Positions 47,229-56,561 of a stretch of DNA of 64,000 nucleotides are shown here, piece by piece. Origin of the DNA: Dehalococcoidia bacterium (GTDB taxonomy: Bacteria > Chloroflexota > Dehalococcoidia > SHYD01). Under the pieces are notes generated by a model that was not told the origin of the DNA, searched no databases, and worked only from the letters and a program-made list of their open reading frames with translations. Where the stretch lies: NCBI GenBank assembly GCA_009692935.1, contig SHYE01000001.1, positions 4,418-68,417 on the forward strand, in the 5' to 3' direction. Within the stretch, counting starts at the first letter, position 1; each line of letters begins with the position of its first letter. The translations under genes and the position numbers were made by a program.

Positions 47229-48611
47229 ATGCCCACCGTCACCATTCCCCGCATCGTCATAGCGGCGCCCAGCAGCGGCGCAGGAAAAACCACCATCACG
47301 GCGGGCCTGATTGGCGCGCTCCGGCGGCGCGGGCTGCGGGTGCAGCCCTTCAAGTGCGGGCCCGACTTCATTGACCCCAGTCATTTAGCACGCGCCGCCG
47401 GCCGCCCCGCCCGCAATCTCGATACGTGGATGTGCGAGCCCGACACCGTGCAGCAGCTCTTCGCCCACGCCTGCCGAGACGCCGACATCGCGATTATCGA
47501 AGGCGTGATGGGCCTGTTCGACGGGCGGTCGGGCGAAGGCGAGGCCGGTAGCACGGCGCAGATTGCCAAACTGCTGGGCGCGCCGGTGGTGCTGGTGCAG
47601 GATATCGCTAAGGTCGCTCGCAGCGCCGCCGCCGTCACGCTTGGGTTCCAGCAGTTCGATCCTGACCTGCACCTGGCGGGGGTCATTCTCAACCGCTCAG
47701 GAAGCCAGCGGCACTGTGAGATCATCGCGCCTGAGGTGACCAGGGTAACCGGGCTGCCGGTACTCGGCGCGATACCCCGCAGCGAGGCGATGCAGATGCC
47801 GGAGCGGCACCTGGGTCTGGTGCCGGACGCTGAGGTGTCGCTGTCGAATCAACAATTGGACATAATCGTAGACTTGCTCGAGCAGAACTGCGATATCGAC
47901 GCCATACTGGCCCTCGCGCAAACGACTGGCCCGCTGGTGGTCCCCGAGGGCGGCCCCTTCAGCAGCGAGCTGGCGGCTAAGACCGTGCGTATCGCCGTCG
48001 CCCAAGACGCCGCCTTCAGCTTCTACTACCAGGACAACCTCGACCTGCTGGAGCATTGCGGCGCCGAGCTGGTTCCCTTCAGTCCGCTGACCGACCCCGC
48101 GCTGCCGGCCGGCACCCAGGGCCTCTATTTGGGTGGCGGCTTTCCGGAGGTCTACGCCGGGCAGCTCGCGGCCAACCGCGCGCTCAAGCGTGAACTCATC
48201 GAGATCATCGACGACGGTCTTCCGACGCTGGCCGAGTGTGGCGGCTTTATCTACTTGACGGAATCGCTCACCGACTTGAACGGGCAATCGCACTCGATGT
48301 GCGGCATCCTGCCCGGTATCGTCCACATGCGGAACCGCCCGACCCTGGCCTACCTCACGGTGAAGCCGTTCAAGGACACCCTGCTACTGCCGAAAGGCGA
48401 GACGGTCCGGGCGCACGAGTTCCACTATTCGGTGCGAGCTACGCTGATTGCCTTTGCGGCCGCAGCGTTCGCCATCAAGGAGCGGCCAGGTGAAGTGGAG
48501 GGCCACGCCGAACGCAATCTGCTGGCCTCGTACCTGCACATTCACTTCGCCGCCCGCCCCGATCTCGCTCCCCGGTTCGTGGCTGCGTGCCGCGATTGGG
48601 TTCCGGCCTGA
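47229..48611 (+). CDS. cbiA: Cobyrinate a,c-diamide synthase
   Basis: SSGAGKTT, FKCGPDFID, EGVMGLFDG, ERHLGL, AECGG, HEFHYS. Confidence 0.95.
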   Translation: MPTVTIPRIVIAAPSSGAGKTTITAGLIGALRRRGLRVQPFKCGPDFIDPSHLARAAGRPARNLDTWMCEPDTVQQLFAHACRDADIAIIEGVMGLFDGRSGEGEAGSTAQIAKLLGAPVVLVQDIAKVARSAAAVTLGFQQFDPDLHLAGVILNRSGSQRHCEIIAPEVTRVTGLPVLGAIPRSEAMQMPERHLGLVPDAEVSLSNQQLDIIVDLLEQNCDIDAILALAQTTGPLVVPEGGPFSSELAAKTVRIAVAQDAAFSFYYQDNLDLLEHCGAELVPFSPLTDPALPAGTQGLYLGGGFPEVYAGQLAANRALKRELIEIIDDGLPTLAECGGFIYLTESLTDLNGQSHSMCGILPGIVHMRNRPTLAYLTVKPFKDTLLLPKGETVRAHEFHYSVRATLIAFAAAAFAIKERPGEVEGHAERNLLASYLHIHFAARPDLAPRFVAACRDWVPA

Positions 48612-48621
48612 TCGGCCGGTC

Positions 48622-49548
48622 GTGGAGGCGATTCTGATGCTAGCTGGCGCCCTGCTGCTCGATCTGTTGGCGGGCGAGTACCCCTCTCGCTGGCACCCCG
48701 TGGTATGGATGGGCGTGCTGACGGATCGCCTGATCGATTTTGCCCCGAAGGACAGCCAGGGCGAGCAGTTCGTGTACGGCGTTCTTGTAGTGGGGGTGGT
48801 GGTCGGCGTCTTCACGTTCGGAACATGGTTTATCGTAGACATAATCCGGCAGTACAACCCAGGGTTCGCCGTGGTCGCGGGTGCACTGCTCCTGAAGCCG
48901 ACGTTTTCGATTCGCGGCTTGTGGCGGGCCGCACGCGGGGTGCAAGGAGCTTTGGCAGCGGGGGAGATTGAGGAGGCTCGCGTCGCGGTGTCGCATTTGG
49001 TGAGCCGCGACGTGGCGGTGCTGGGTCAGCGGCAGATAGCCTCCGCTGCCGTGGAGTCGGTAGCCGAGAACTTCACCGACAGCGTGGTGGCGCCGTTGCT
49101 GTGGTTTGTCGCTTTCGGGCCGGCTGGCGCCATGGGCTACCGCGCCGCCAACACCCTCGACGCAATGATTGGCTACCACGGCCGCTTCGAGTTCCTTGGC
49201 AAGTTCGCTGCCCGGCTCGATGATGTGCTGAACCTCATTCCCGCTCGCATCGCCGCGCTGGTGCTGCTGCTGGCGACCCCGCTTAGCGGCGCCAATCTGC
49301 GGATGGCTTGGCTCACGCTGTGGCGTGACCACGCCCACACCGCCAGCCCCAACGCCGGATGGACCATGAGCGCGCTGGCCGGCGCGCTGGGGGTGCGCCT
49401 CGAAAAGTCAGGCCACTACACGCTGGGCAGTGGGTTCGCCATCGCCGCAGGCAGCGACATCGGGCGTTCGCTCCGGCTCTACTGGAACGCCACCTCCATC
49501 CTTGTAGCACTCTGTTTCGTGTTGCTGGCGGTGCTGCATGCCGGTTGA
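48622..49548 (+). CDS. cbiB: Adenosylcobinamide-phosphate synthase
   Basis: HPVVWMG, VESVAEN, YRAANTLDAMIGY, SPNAGW; start could be 48637. Confidence 0.93.
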   Translation: MEAILMLAGALLLDLLAGEYPSRWHPVVWMGVLTDRLIDFAPKDSQGEQFVYGVLVVGVVVGVFTFGTWFIVDIIRQYNPGFAVVAGALLLKPTFSIRGLWRAARGVQGALAAGEIEEARVAVSHLVSRDVAVLGQRQIASAAVESVAENFTDSVVAPLLWFVAFGPAGAMGYRAANTLDAMIGYHGRFEFLGKFAARLDDVLNLIPARIAALVLLLATPLSGANLRMAWLTLWRDHAHTASPNAGWTMSALAGALGVRLEKSGHYTLGSGFAIAAGSDIGRSLRLYWNATSILVALCFVLLAVLHAG

Positions 49549-50641
49549 GCCGAACGGGCACCTGCTGTGGGTAGCTCCCGCAGTCCATGGGGGCGCTACA
49601 GATCGCGACCGCTCTTCAGGCGGTGAGGCGCTGGTCGACTTCAGCGTCAACAGCAACCCCTACGGCCCCTCGCCGGCCGCGCTTGATGCGGTGCGATATG
49701 TAGACATAACGCGCTATCCCGATCCGGATGCCACCGCGCTGCGCGAAGCCATTGGCATGAAGGAGCGGGTGTCAGCCGACGCAGTGCTACCGGGCAATGG
49801 ATCGCTCGAGATGATGTTTCTGGCCGCACACGCCTACCTGGCTGCCGGCGATAAGGCCCTAGTGTTCGGCCCCACCTTCGGCGAGTACGCTCGCGCCGCC
49901 ATGGTGGCCGGAGCCGAGGTGGTTGAGGCGACCGCGAGTCCAGCCGGCGGGTATCAATTCGACGGACATGCCATGAACACCGCGCTCGGCACACTCGCGC
50001 CACGGGTCGCGTTCATCTGCAATCCTAACAACCCTACGGGCCGCTATGTGCCGGCAGAGGCCTTACGAGCCCTGGCTGCCCGCCACCCACAGACGCTCTT
50101 CGTGATCGACGAAGCCTATTTACCGTTCGTCGATCGCGGGGAAAGCTGCGTGCGCCCGGAACTCCTCGCCAACGTCGTGGTGCTGCGTTCCATGACCAAG
50201 GACGGTGCCATGCCTGGCCTGCGGCTCGGATACGCCTTGGCGCGTCCGGGGCTGCTGGACCCACTGCGCACCGCACAGCCTACGTGGAGCGTGAACGCGC
50301 TGGCCCAGGCTGCCGGCGTCGCAACGCTGAGGGATACCGGACACTGGGCGCGCTCGATCATGGCGATCCACGATGCCAAGCGCTACCTCGTGGGAGCGCT
50401 GCACGACCTCGGATGCGTGCTGTTGCCGTCTGATGCCAACTACTTTCTGTGGCAGGTGCGCGGGGCTCGGGGTTGGCGGCAGGCGCTCCTGACCCGGGGG
50501 TGCCTGGTTCGCGACTGTAGCTCCTTCGGGATGCGCGGCTATCTGCGCGTCAGTGTCCGCACCTCGCCGGAGTGCGAACGGCTGGTGGAGGCCGTACGAT
50601 GGGTGCAGGCCCAGGCTGGCCTGGAGCATGAGCAGCGCTGA
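49538..50641 (+). CDS. cobD: L-threonine-O-3-phosphate decarboxylase (PLP, HisC family)
   Basis: DFSVNSNP, CNPNNPTG, DEAY, RSMTK..GLRLGY; cob context. Confidence 0.85.
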   Translation: MPVEPNGHLLWVAPAVHGGATDRDRSSGGEALVDFSVNSNPYGPSPAALDAVRYVDITRYPDPDATALREAIGMKERVSADAVLPGNGSLEMMFLAAHAYLAAGDKALVFGPTFGEYARAAMVAGAEVVEATASPAGGYQFDGHAMNTALGTLAPRVAFICNPNNPTGRYVPAEALRALAARHPQTLFVIDEAYLPFVDRGESCVRPELLANVVVLRSMTKDGAMPGLRLGYALARPGLLDPLRTAQPTWSVNALAQAAGVATLRDTGHWARSIMAIHDAKRYLVGALHDLGCVLLPSDANYFLWQVRGARGWRQALLTRGCLVRDCSSFGMRGYLRVSVRTSPECERLVEAVRWVQAQAGLEHEQR

Positions 50642-50674
50642 CAGCGGACACAGGACGAAGCGATGGAGGTGCCC

Positions 50675-51028
50675 TTGGGGCTCACTCATGTTGACGGTGT
50701 GGTCAGCAACGACTTGGGACGCGGGATCCCGGTCTCCTTTTTGGTCGACAGCGGCGCGACATATAGCCTGCTACCCCAAGGGGTGTGGCAAGGACTGGGC
50801 TTACAAACCGCAAGAGGGGATGGAGATCACTTTGGCTGATGGGTCGCGGGTGAGTCGGAACATCTCAGAGTGCCGGATGACGCTGCTGTGGCGCACCCGG
50901 CACTCCCGGTCATTCTCGGCGAGGCCGGTGATGAGCCACCCCTCGGCGCCATAACCCTGGAAATTTTCGGGTTCGTGCTTAATCCCTTCAACCGAACCCT
51001 CCAACCCCTTAGGGCCATGCTGGCATGA
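50675..51028 (+). pseudogene. Clan AA (retropepsin-like) aspartic protease, two frameshifts
   Basis: GGAGGT + TTG; MGLTHV...FLVDSGATYSLLP / LADGSRV / PVILGE...LGAITLEIFGFVLNPFNRTL. Confidence 0.8.
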
Positions 51029-51068
51029 AACAGGTTTGGCGTAACGAAGCGCGCCTGCTGGCAGCGCC

Positions 51069-51725
51069 ATGACAGACACCACGCTGACCCTCTACTTGGT
51101 CCGCCATCCCGAGACAGACATGAACGCTGCTCGTAGGTTGGCCGGATCCACCGAGGCGCAGCTTTCGCCCCTTGGCTTGGAACAGGCGCAGCTGGTGACG
51201 GCGCGGTTCCATGGCGTGCCGCTGACCAGGGTCTACAGCAGTCCACAGGTGCGCTGCCGCGTGGTGGCCGAGCAGGTGACTCGAGGCGCGAATCTGACGC
51301 TACAGCTTTTGGGCGACCTGCGAGAGGCCGAGATGGGCGAGTGGGAGGGGCGCGAGTTTAGTGAACTGGAACGGCCGTATCCTCAGGCTCGGGAGGCATG
51401 GCGGTCCGATCCGCACTTTGGGCCTCCTGGGGGCGAATCGGCGTTGGCAGTCTGGGACCGGGTGCAGGGGGCGCTGCGCACCATCGTGGAGCACGGCCCG
51501 GGCGCCGCGTTGGTGATGAGCCACGGCCTCACCCTGCGCACTGCTTTGGGGGCGCTAACAGGCTACACTCGGCACACGGCATGGAACCACTACCCGTTCC
51601 GGCTCACTAATACCAGCGTGACGGTGGCCGAGGTGCTCGACCCGGCTTGGCCGCTGAAACCGGGAGCCGTGGTGTTGCACAAGCTCAACGATACCTACCA
51701 TCTGTCGGAGTCCGCTGGTGCCTAA
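51069..51725 (+). CDS. cobC: Histidine phosphatase, probable alpha-ribazole-phosphate phosphatase
   Basis: LVRHPET, LREAEMGEWEG, PPGGES, MSHG; cob context. Confidence 0.72.
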   Translation: MTDTTLTLYLVRHPETDMNAARRLAGSTEAQLSPLGLEQAQLVTARFHGVPLTRVYSSPQVRCRVVAEQVTRGANLTLQLLGDLREAEMGEWEGREFSELERPYPQAREAWRSDPHFGPPGGESALAVWDRVQGALRTIVEHGPGAALVMSHGLTLRTALGALTGYTRHTAWNHYPFRLTNTSVTVAEVLDPAWPLKPGAVVLHKLNDTYHLSESAGA

Positions 51726-53253
51726 CGGACGGCTGCTGATGCTGCAAGGCACGGCCAGTAACGTGGGCAAGAGCGTGCTTACCGCCGGACTTTGCCGGTT
51801 GCTCTGGCAAGACGGCTATCGGGTGGCGCCGTTCAAAGCCCAGAATATGTCGAACAACAGCTTCGTGACGCCCAGTGGCGGCGAGATCGGGCGGGCCCAA
51901 GCGGTGCAAGCAGCCGCCTGCAACCTGCCACCCCACGTCGACATGAACCCCATTCTGTTGAAGCCCGAGTCAGAGGCCCGCTCGCAAGTGGTAGTGCTGG
52001 GCAAGTCAACCGAAGCGATGAGCGCCCGCGAGTACTACCGGCGCAAGCTGGAACTGCGGCCGGTCACGTTGGAGGCACTGGCGCGACTGCGGGCCCAGTA
52101 CGACGTGGTGGTGATCGAGGGGGCCGGCAGTCCGGCCGAGATCAACCTGCGATCAGTGGACCTGGTGAATATGGGACTGGCGCGCGCGGTCGATGCCCCC
52201 GTAGTGCTGGTCGGCGATATTGACCGGGGCGGGGTGTTCGCGCACCTCTACGGCACCCTGGAGCTGCTGGAGCCGGAGGATCGGGCCCTGGTGCGCGGGT
52301 TCATCATCAACAAGTTCCGCGGCGACAAGTCCATCCTCGACCCCGGCGTGGAGGCGATTGCCGCTCGTACCGGGGTGCCATGCCTGGGTGTGGTGCCCTG
52401 GGTCGCGAACCACGGTCTGCCCGAGGAGGACTCGGTCGTGCTCGACGGGCACGGCGCTGCCCACCCTGCGCCCGGTGCGGTGCTCGATATCGCCGTCATC
52501 AAGCTGCCGCGTATCTCAAATTTCACGGACTTTGAGCCGTTGCAGGCCGAGTCCGGTGTCTCGCTGAGGTATGTCGAGCGCGCGGATGCCCTTGGCCAGC
52601 CCGACGTGATCATTGTGCCGGGGACCAAGTCGACCATGGCGGACCTTCGCTTCTTGCGTGAGGCGGGCTTCGCAGTGGCATTGCGGCGCCATGCCCGAGC
52701 TGGGCGGCTCCTCCTGGGCATCTGTGGCGGTCTGCAGATGCTGGGGGGCCATATTCTCGACCCGCTCGGCGTGGAGTCGGACGAGACTGAGGCCGAGGGG
52801 CTGGGTCTGCTGCCGTTGGAAACCACTTTCGAACGTGAGAAGACGACCGTGGAGGCCAAGGGTCTGGTGTTGGCTGCGCCCGGTGTGTTCGGTGCAGCGC
52901 GTGGTCTACCGGTGGCGGGCTATGAGATCCACAATGGCCAGTCCCGGCTGATTGGCGAGGCCGGCCCGCTGCTGCGGCTGACGCATCGTGCGGGTTGGCC
53001 GGTCGACACGGTAGATGGCCTTATCAACGCAGAGGGCACGGTGGCCGGAACCTATGTGCACGGACTCTTCGATAGTGACCCGTTCCGCCATGCGTTTCTG
53101 CAGGAGCTGGCTGCCCGCAAGGGCGTCACCCTGCCGGAGCAAGCAGACGAGCCTGCCGCACCGGACGGCGACGTCTTCGATCGCATGGCTGACCTGCTGC
53201 GCCAGCACCTCGACATACCTGCCATCTACCGCATCGCGGGTTTGGCCACGTAA
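51718..53253 (+). CDS. cobQ: Cobyric acid synthase (CobQ/CbiP)
   Basis: QGTASNVGKS, PFKAQNMS, EGAGSPAEINL, GICGGLQM, GTYVHG. Confidence 0.96.
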   Translation: MPNGRLLMLQGTASNVGKSVLTAGLCRLLWQDGYRVAPFKAQNMSNNSFVTPSGGEIGRAQAVQAAACNLPPHVDMNPILLKPESEARSQVVVLGKSTEAMSAREYYRRKLELRPVTLEALARLRAQYDVVVIEGAGSPAEINLRSVDLVNMGLARAVDAPVVLVGDIDRGGVFAHLYGTLELLEPEDRALVRGFIINKFRGDKSILDPGVEAIAARTGVPCLGVVPWVANHGLPEEDSVVLDGHGAAHPAPGAVLDIAVIKLPRISNFTDFEPLQAESGVSLRYVERADALGQPDVIIVPGTKSTMADLRFLREAGFAVALRRHARAGRLLLGICGGLQMLGGHILDPLGVESDETEAEGLGLLPLETTFEREKTTVEAKGLVLAAPGVFGAARGLPVAGYEIHNGQSRLIGEAGPLLRLTHRAGWPVDTVDGLINAEGTVAGTYVHGLFDSDPFRHAFLQELAARKGVTLPEQADEPAAPDGDVFDRMADLLRQHLDIPAIYRIAGLAT

Positions 53254-53840
53254 TGGCAAAGGCCTTTACCCTGATCCTTGGCGGCGTCCGCAGCGGCAAG
53301 AGCGACCTCGCGCAGAAGCTGGCGCAGCACGCCGGGGGGCAGGTGCTGTTCCTTGCCACCGCCGAACCCGGCGACGCTGAAATGCAAACCAGGATCGCCG
53401 CACACCGCGCGCAACGGCCGGCCGGCTGGCGCACGGTGGAGGCGCCACTGCAACTGGCCGACACGCTCGATCGACATGCCGCTGGCGTGGACGTCGTGCT
53501 GTTGGACTGCGTGACGCTGTGGGTGTCGAACATCATGGCGGCTGTCACGCCGGTGGGGGCTGAATCGCCGAGCATGGCCGCGGCCGAGGGCGCACTCGCG
53601 CAAGAGTTGGGCGCGCTGCACGACTGGCATCGCGGCACCTCCGCTTCCATCATCGCCGTCTCGAACGAAGTGGGCATGGGGCTGGTACCGCCGTACCCCA
53701 GCGGTCGTCTCTACCGAGACCTGTTGGGCATGGCCAACCAACGGCTGGCAACGCTGGCCACCCAGGTCTACGTGACCTTCGCCGGCATCCCAGTGGACGT
53801 GAAAGCGCTCTCTGCCCGCTTGTGGGAGCACGCTCCCTAA
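53253..53840 (+). CDS. cobU: Adenosylcobinamide kinase/adenosylcobinamide-phosphate guanylyltransferase
   Basis: GGVRSGKS, RIAAHRAQR, DCVTLW, SNEVGMG. Confidence 0.96.
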   Translation: MAKAFTLILGGVRSGKSDLAQKLAQHAGGQVLFLATAEPGDAEMQTRIAAHRAQRPAGWRTVEAPLQLADTLDRHAAGVDVVLLDCVTLWVSNIMAAVTPVGAESPSMAAAEGALAQELGALHDWHRGTSASIIAVSNEVGMGLVPPYPSGRLYRDLLGMANQRLATLATQVYVTFAGIPVDVKALSARLWEHAP

Positions 53841-53939
53841 CCCTTACGGTGTGCGGTGTGTGCGCCGGCTTGTTGTAGGGTTCCGCAGAGGGGTTGCCGC
53901 GCGGGTCGCGCCGAAGGGGACGATGCAGGACGGGTGTAC

Positions 53940-54175
53940 CCGTAAGAGCTCAGGGTTGATGAGTTGGCCTTGAGACCTGCGGGCTAAGGCCACGCAGCAC
54001 CCACCATAGTGCACTGATCGGCATGGTCTCGGCAGGGAGTCCAGAGGGGAAGGTGCGTCCCCTCAGGCAGGGGATTAGGGGTTCCCCCCACTCCGAGACC
54101 CCTGGGGGTGGGCGGGCGGTAAAGACGCGCTCGCCGAAAGCTAACCAAGCCAGAACTCAAGGGCTCACGGCCACC
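53940..54175. mobile_element. Copy of the MITE-like element, opposite orientation, without the nested REP
   Basis: Aligns with the reverse complement of 40718-40989. Confidence 0.65.
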
Positions 54176-54300
54176 GTGCAGCCCGGCCTATAACACGTCT
54201 ACGTGTTGCTCCCGGTGTGCGGCGTGTGCTTGACGGGAGTTCAAGCGTCACTTAGCGTGGAGTCTGGAAACGATTCTCCAGGGTTGGCGTCAACACACTC

Positions 54301-56330
54301 ATGCCTTACCGAACACTGCCCGTAGTCATACGTTCGAACGGGCGGCGAGCCCTGGTGGCCGCTTTCGGCCTTCTGCTCTCCACTGGGGGCCTGGCACTCA
54401 ATCCGCAGCCAGGGCGCGCTCACGCCGCTGGTATCGTCGTGACGTCGCTGGCGGACACGCTGACTGCTGACGGACAGTGCACGCTGCGCGAAGCTCTGGC
54501 GAATGCCCAGGCTGATTCCGCGGTGCATGCCGACTGTGCCGGCGGCGCCGGGTTCGACGTTGTCACCTTCTCGTTGAGCGGCGTCATTGCGCTTGCCTCC
54601 CCGCTACCGCAACTCGACAGTACCGGTGGCGCGATCACCATCGACGGGGTTGGGCAGGCCGTTACGGTCGATGGCGGCGGGGCAGTGGTCAACCTCCACG
54701 GCGCGCAAATGGTGGTGACCGGCAGCAGTTTCACTGCGAATACAGCCCTGCTGGCCGGCGGGACCGTCTTGAATGGCGCCGGTGTGCGGTTGGGGGCCGC
54801 AGCGTTGCTGCACGTCTCCAACAGCACGTTCAATGGGAACACCGCCGGGCAAGATCCGGTGCCTTGGGGCAATGGTGGCGCACTGGTGAACCAAGGCACA
54901 GGAACGTTCTCCGCCACGACCTTCGAGAGCAACCACGCCTCGCAGGACGGCGGCACCATCTACAATCGCTGGCCATTGACGATCACCAACTCGACGCTGC
55001 GAGGAAACACCGCGCTCGATTCTGGCGCGGGCCTGAAGAACAACGGTGGGGCCGTGGTGGTGATCGGCTCGACGTTCACAGCGAACGATGGCCGCGGCGA
55101 GGGTGGCGGCGGGCTGTCGCAAGATGGCGGAAGCCTGACCATGGCGACAGCACCGTATCGGGCAACTTGGCGGGGGCATCCGGCGAAGGCGGTGGGGTGC
55201 TGATTCTCGGTGGGACGATGGCGTTGCCCCACGTGACCATCGCCCAAAATCGGGCTGGCTCGACGTCTGGGAACGGCGGTGGTCTACGCAATCGCACCGG
55301 GTCGGGCGTCACCCTGGCGAACTCGCTGGTGGCGGCGAACACCGCCCCGGGCGGCATCGGCCCCGACTGCAACGGCGCCTTCACGCTGACTGCGCCGGTA
55401 ATGATGACCCAGCCGTCGGGGTGCGCCCTCAGCGGGACGCCGGCACTTGTCAATGACCCGCTGCTAAGTCTGCTGGAGAACAACGGCGGGCCAGCCCAGA
55501 GTCACCTCCTGCTCGCCGGCAGCCCTGCGCTCAACATCGACGCCGCGACGGCGTGCACGGCCTCGCCTGTCGCCGGTGTCGACCAACGCAGCATCGCGCG
55601 TCCTTATGGCGCCGGGTGCGACCTGGGAGCGACCGAGGCCAGCACCCCCAGTGGGTCGAATCTGCGACTGACCACCGGAACTGTTGGCCTGAGCTGGGGG
55701 ACCGACAACGCACAAACGGCACAGCACGTGCTGCGGCTCGCCGTGGCGCCGAGCGGGCCTGTCCAGACGTTCGGGCCGCTGCCCGCAACTGCCACCAGCT
55801 ATGGAGACGCCACGGCTGGAAACGGGACCCTGTACTGCTATCTGGTAACGCCTGCCGATACCGGCGGGATCCTCGGCATCTCCGACCTGCTGTGTACCCA
55901 GCTTGGGCTGCGAACCGGGGCTCCGGCGCCCAATGCGTTCGCTGTCGCCCAGGGCCAGACCAGCACCGCCACGCTCACTTGGTCGCCGCCGGTGGGAGGT
56001 GTGGATGGGTACACCCTTCTGGTGTTGCCCGACAACGGTGATCCGCCGGTCACCCTCCCGCTTGGCAGCGGAGTGACCACTGCGGCGTACCCGACGGGCG
56101 GCGACGTCACCTGCTTCATCCTGTTCGGCACACGCACTGCCCCCGCAGGTGTGGGTTACACCGACTTGTTGTGCGCCGTGCCTAGCGTTGCCACGCTGGG
56201 GCGGGTGAGCCTTGGGCAGGTCACCGCGCTCACTTCACCGCTGATTCCGGCTGCGGATGCCCTGGCCGAACGGCTGGCTGCGCTGGCGCGCGAGTACTGG
56301 TTCCAACCGCTGGCCCCTGCTTTTGAGTAG
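54301..56330 (+). pseudogene. Secreted CSLREA/beta-helix/choice-of-anchor Q protein with Cys-containing C-terminal domain, frameshift near 55144
   Basis: Signal peptide; DGQCTLREAL; GGA/STFxxN repeats; NNGGP..H.LLAGSPA...DQR..RP...CDLGATE in the second frame. Confidence 0.8.
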
Positions 56331-56561
56331 CGCTCGCCGCAACCCAGTCCTAGGGACGGCGCTCCACGCTGGCACGCAAGGCTTTGCTTGCCTTCAAACG
56401 CCACCCCTGCCGTAGCCGCAGCTCGCAGTGCCGTGCCCAGTAAGCGTGGTGCCCTCGTACCTCGTCCGGAGGTGCTGTTGTGTCCGGCACGTCTTCCTGG
56501 TATACCTTACCCATCTCGCTACCGCATCTCCTATAGGGAATGCCGACCACCGGAGGCTCGC

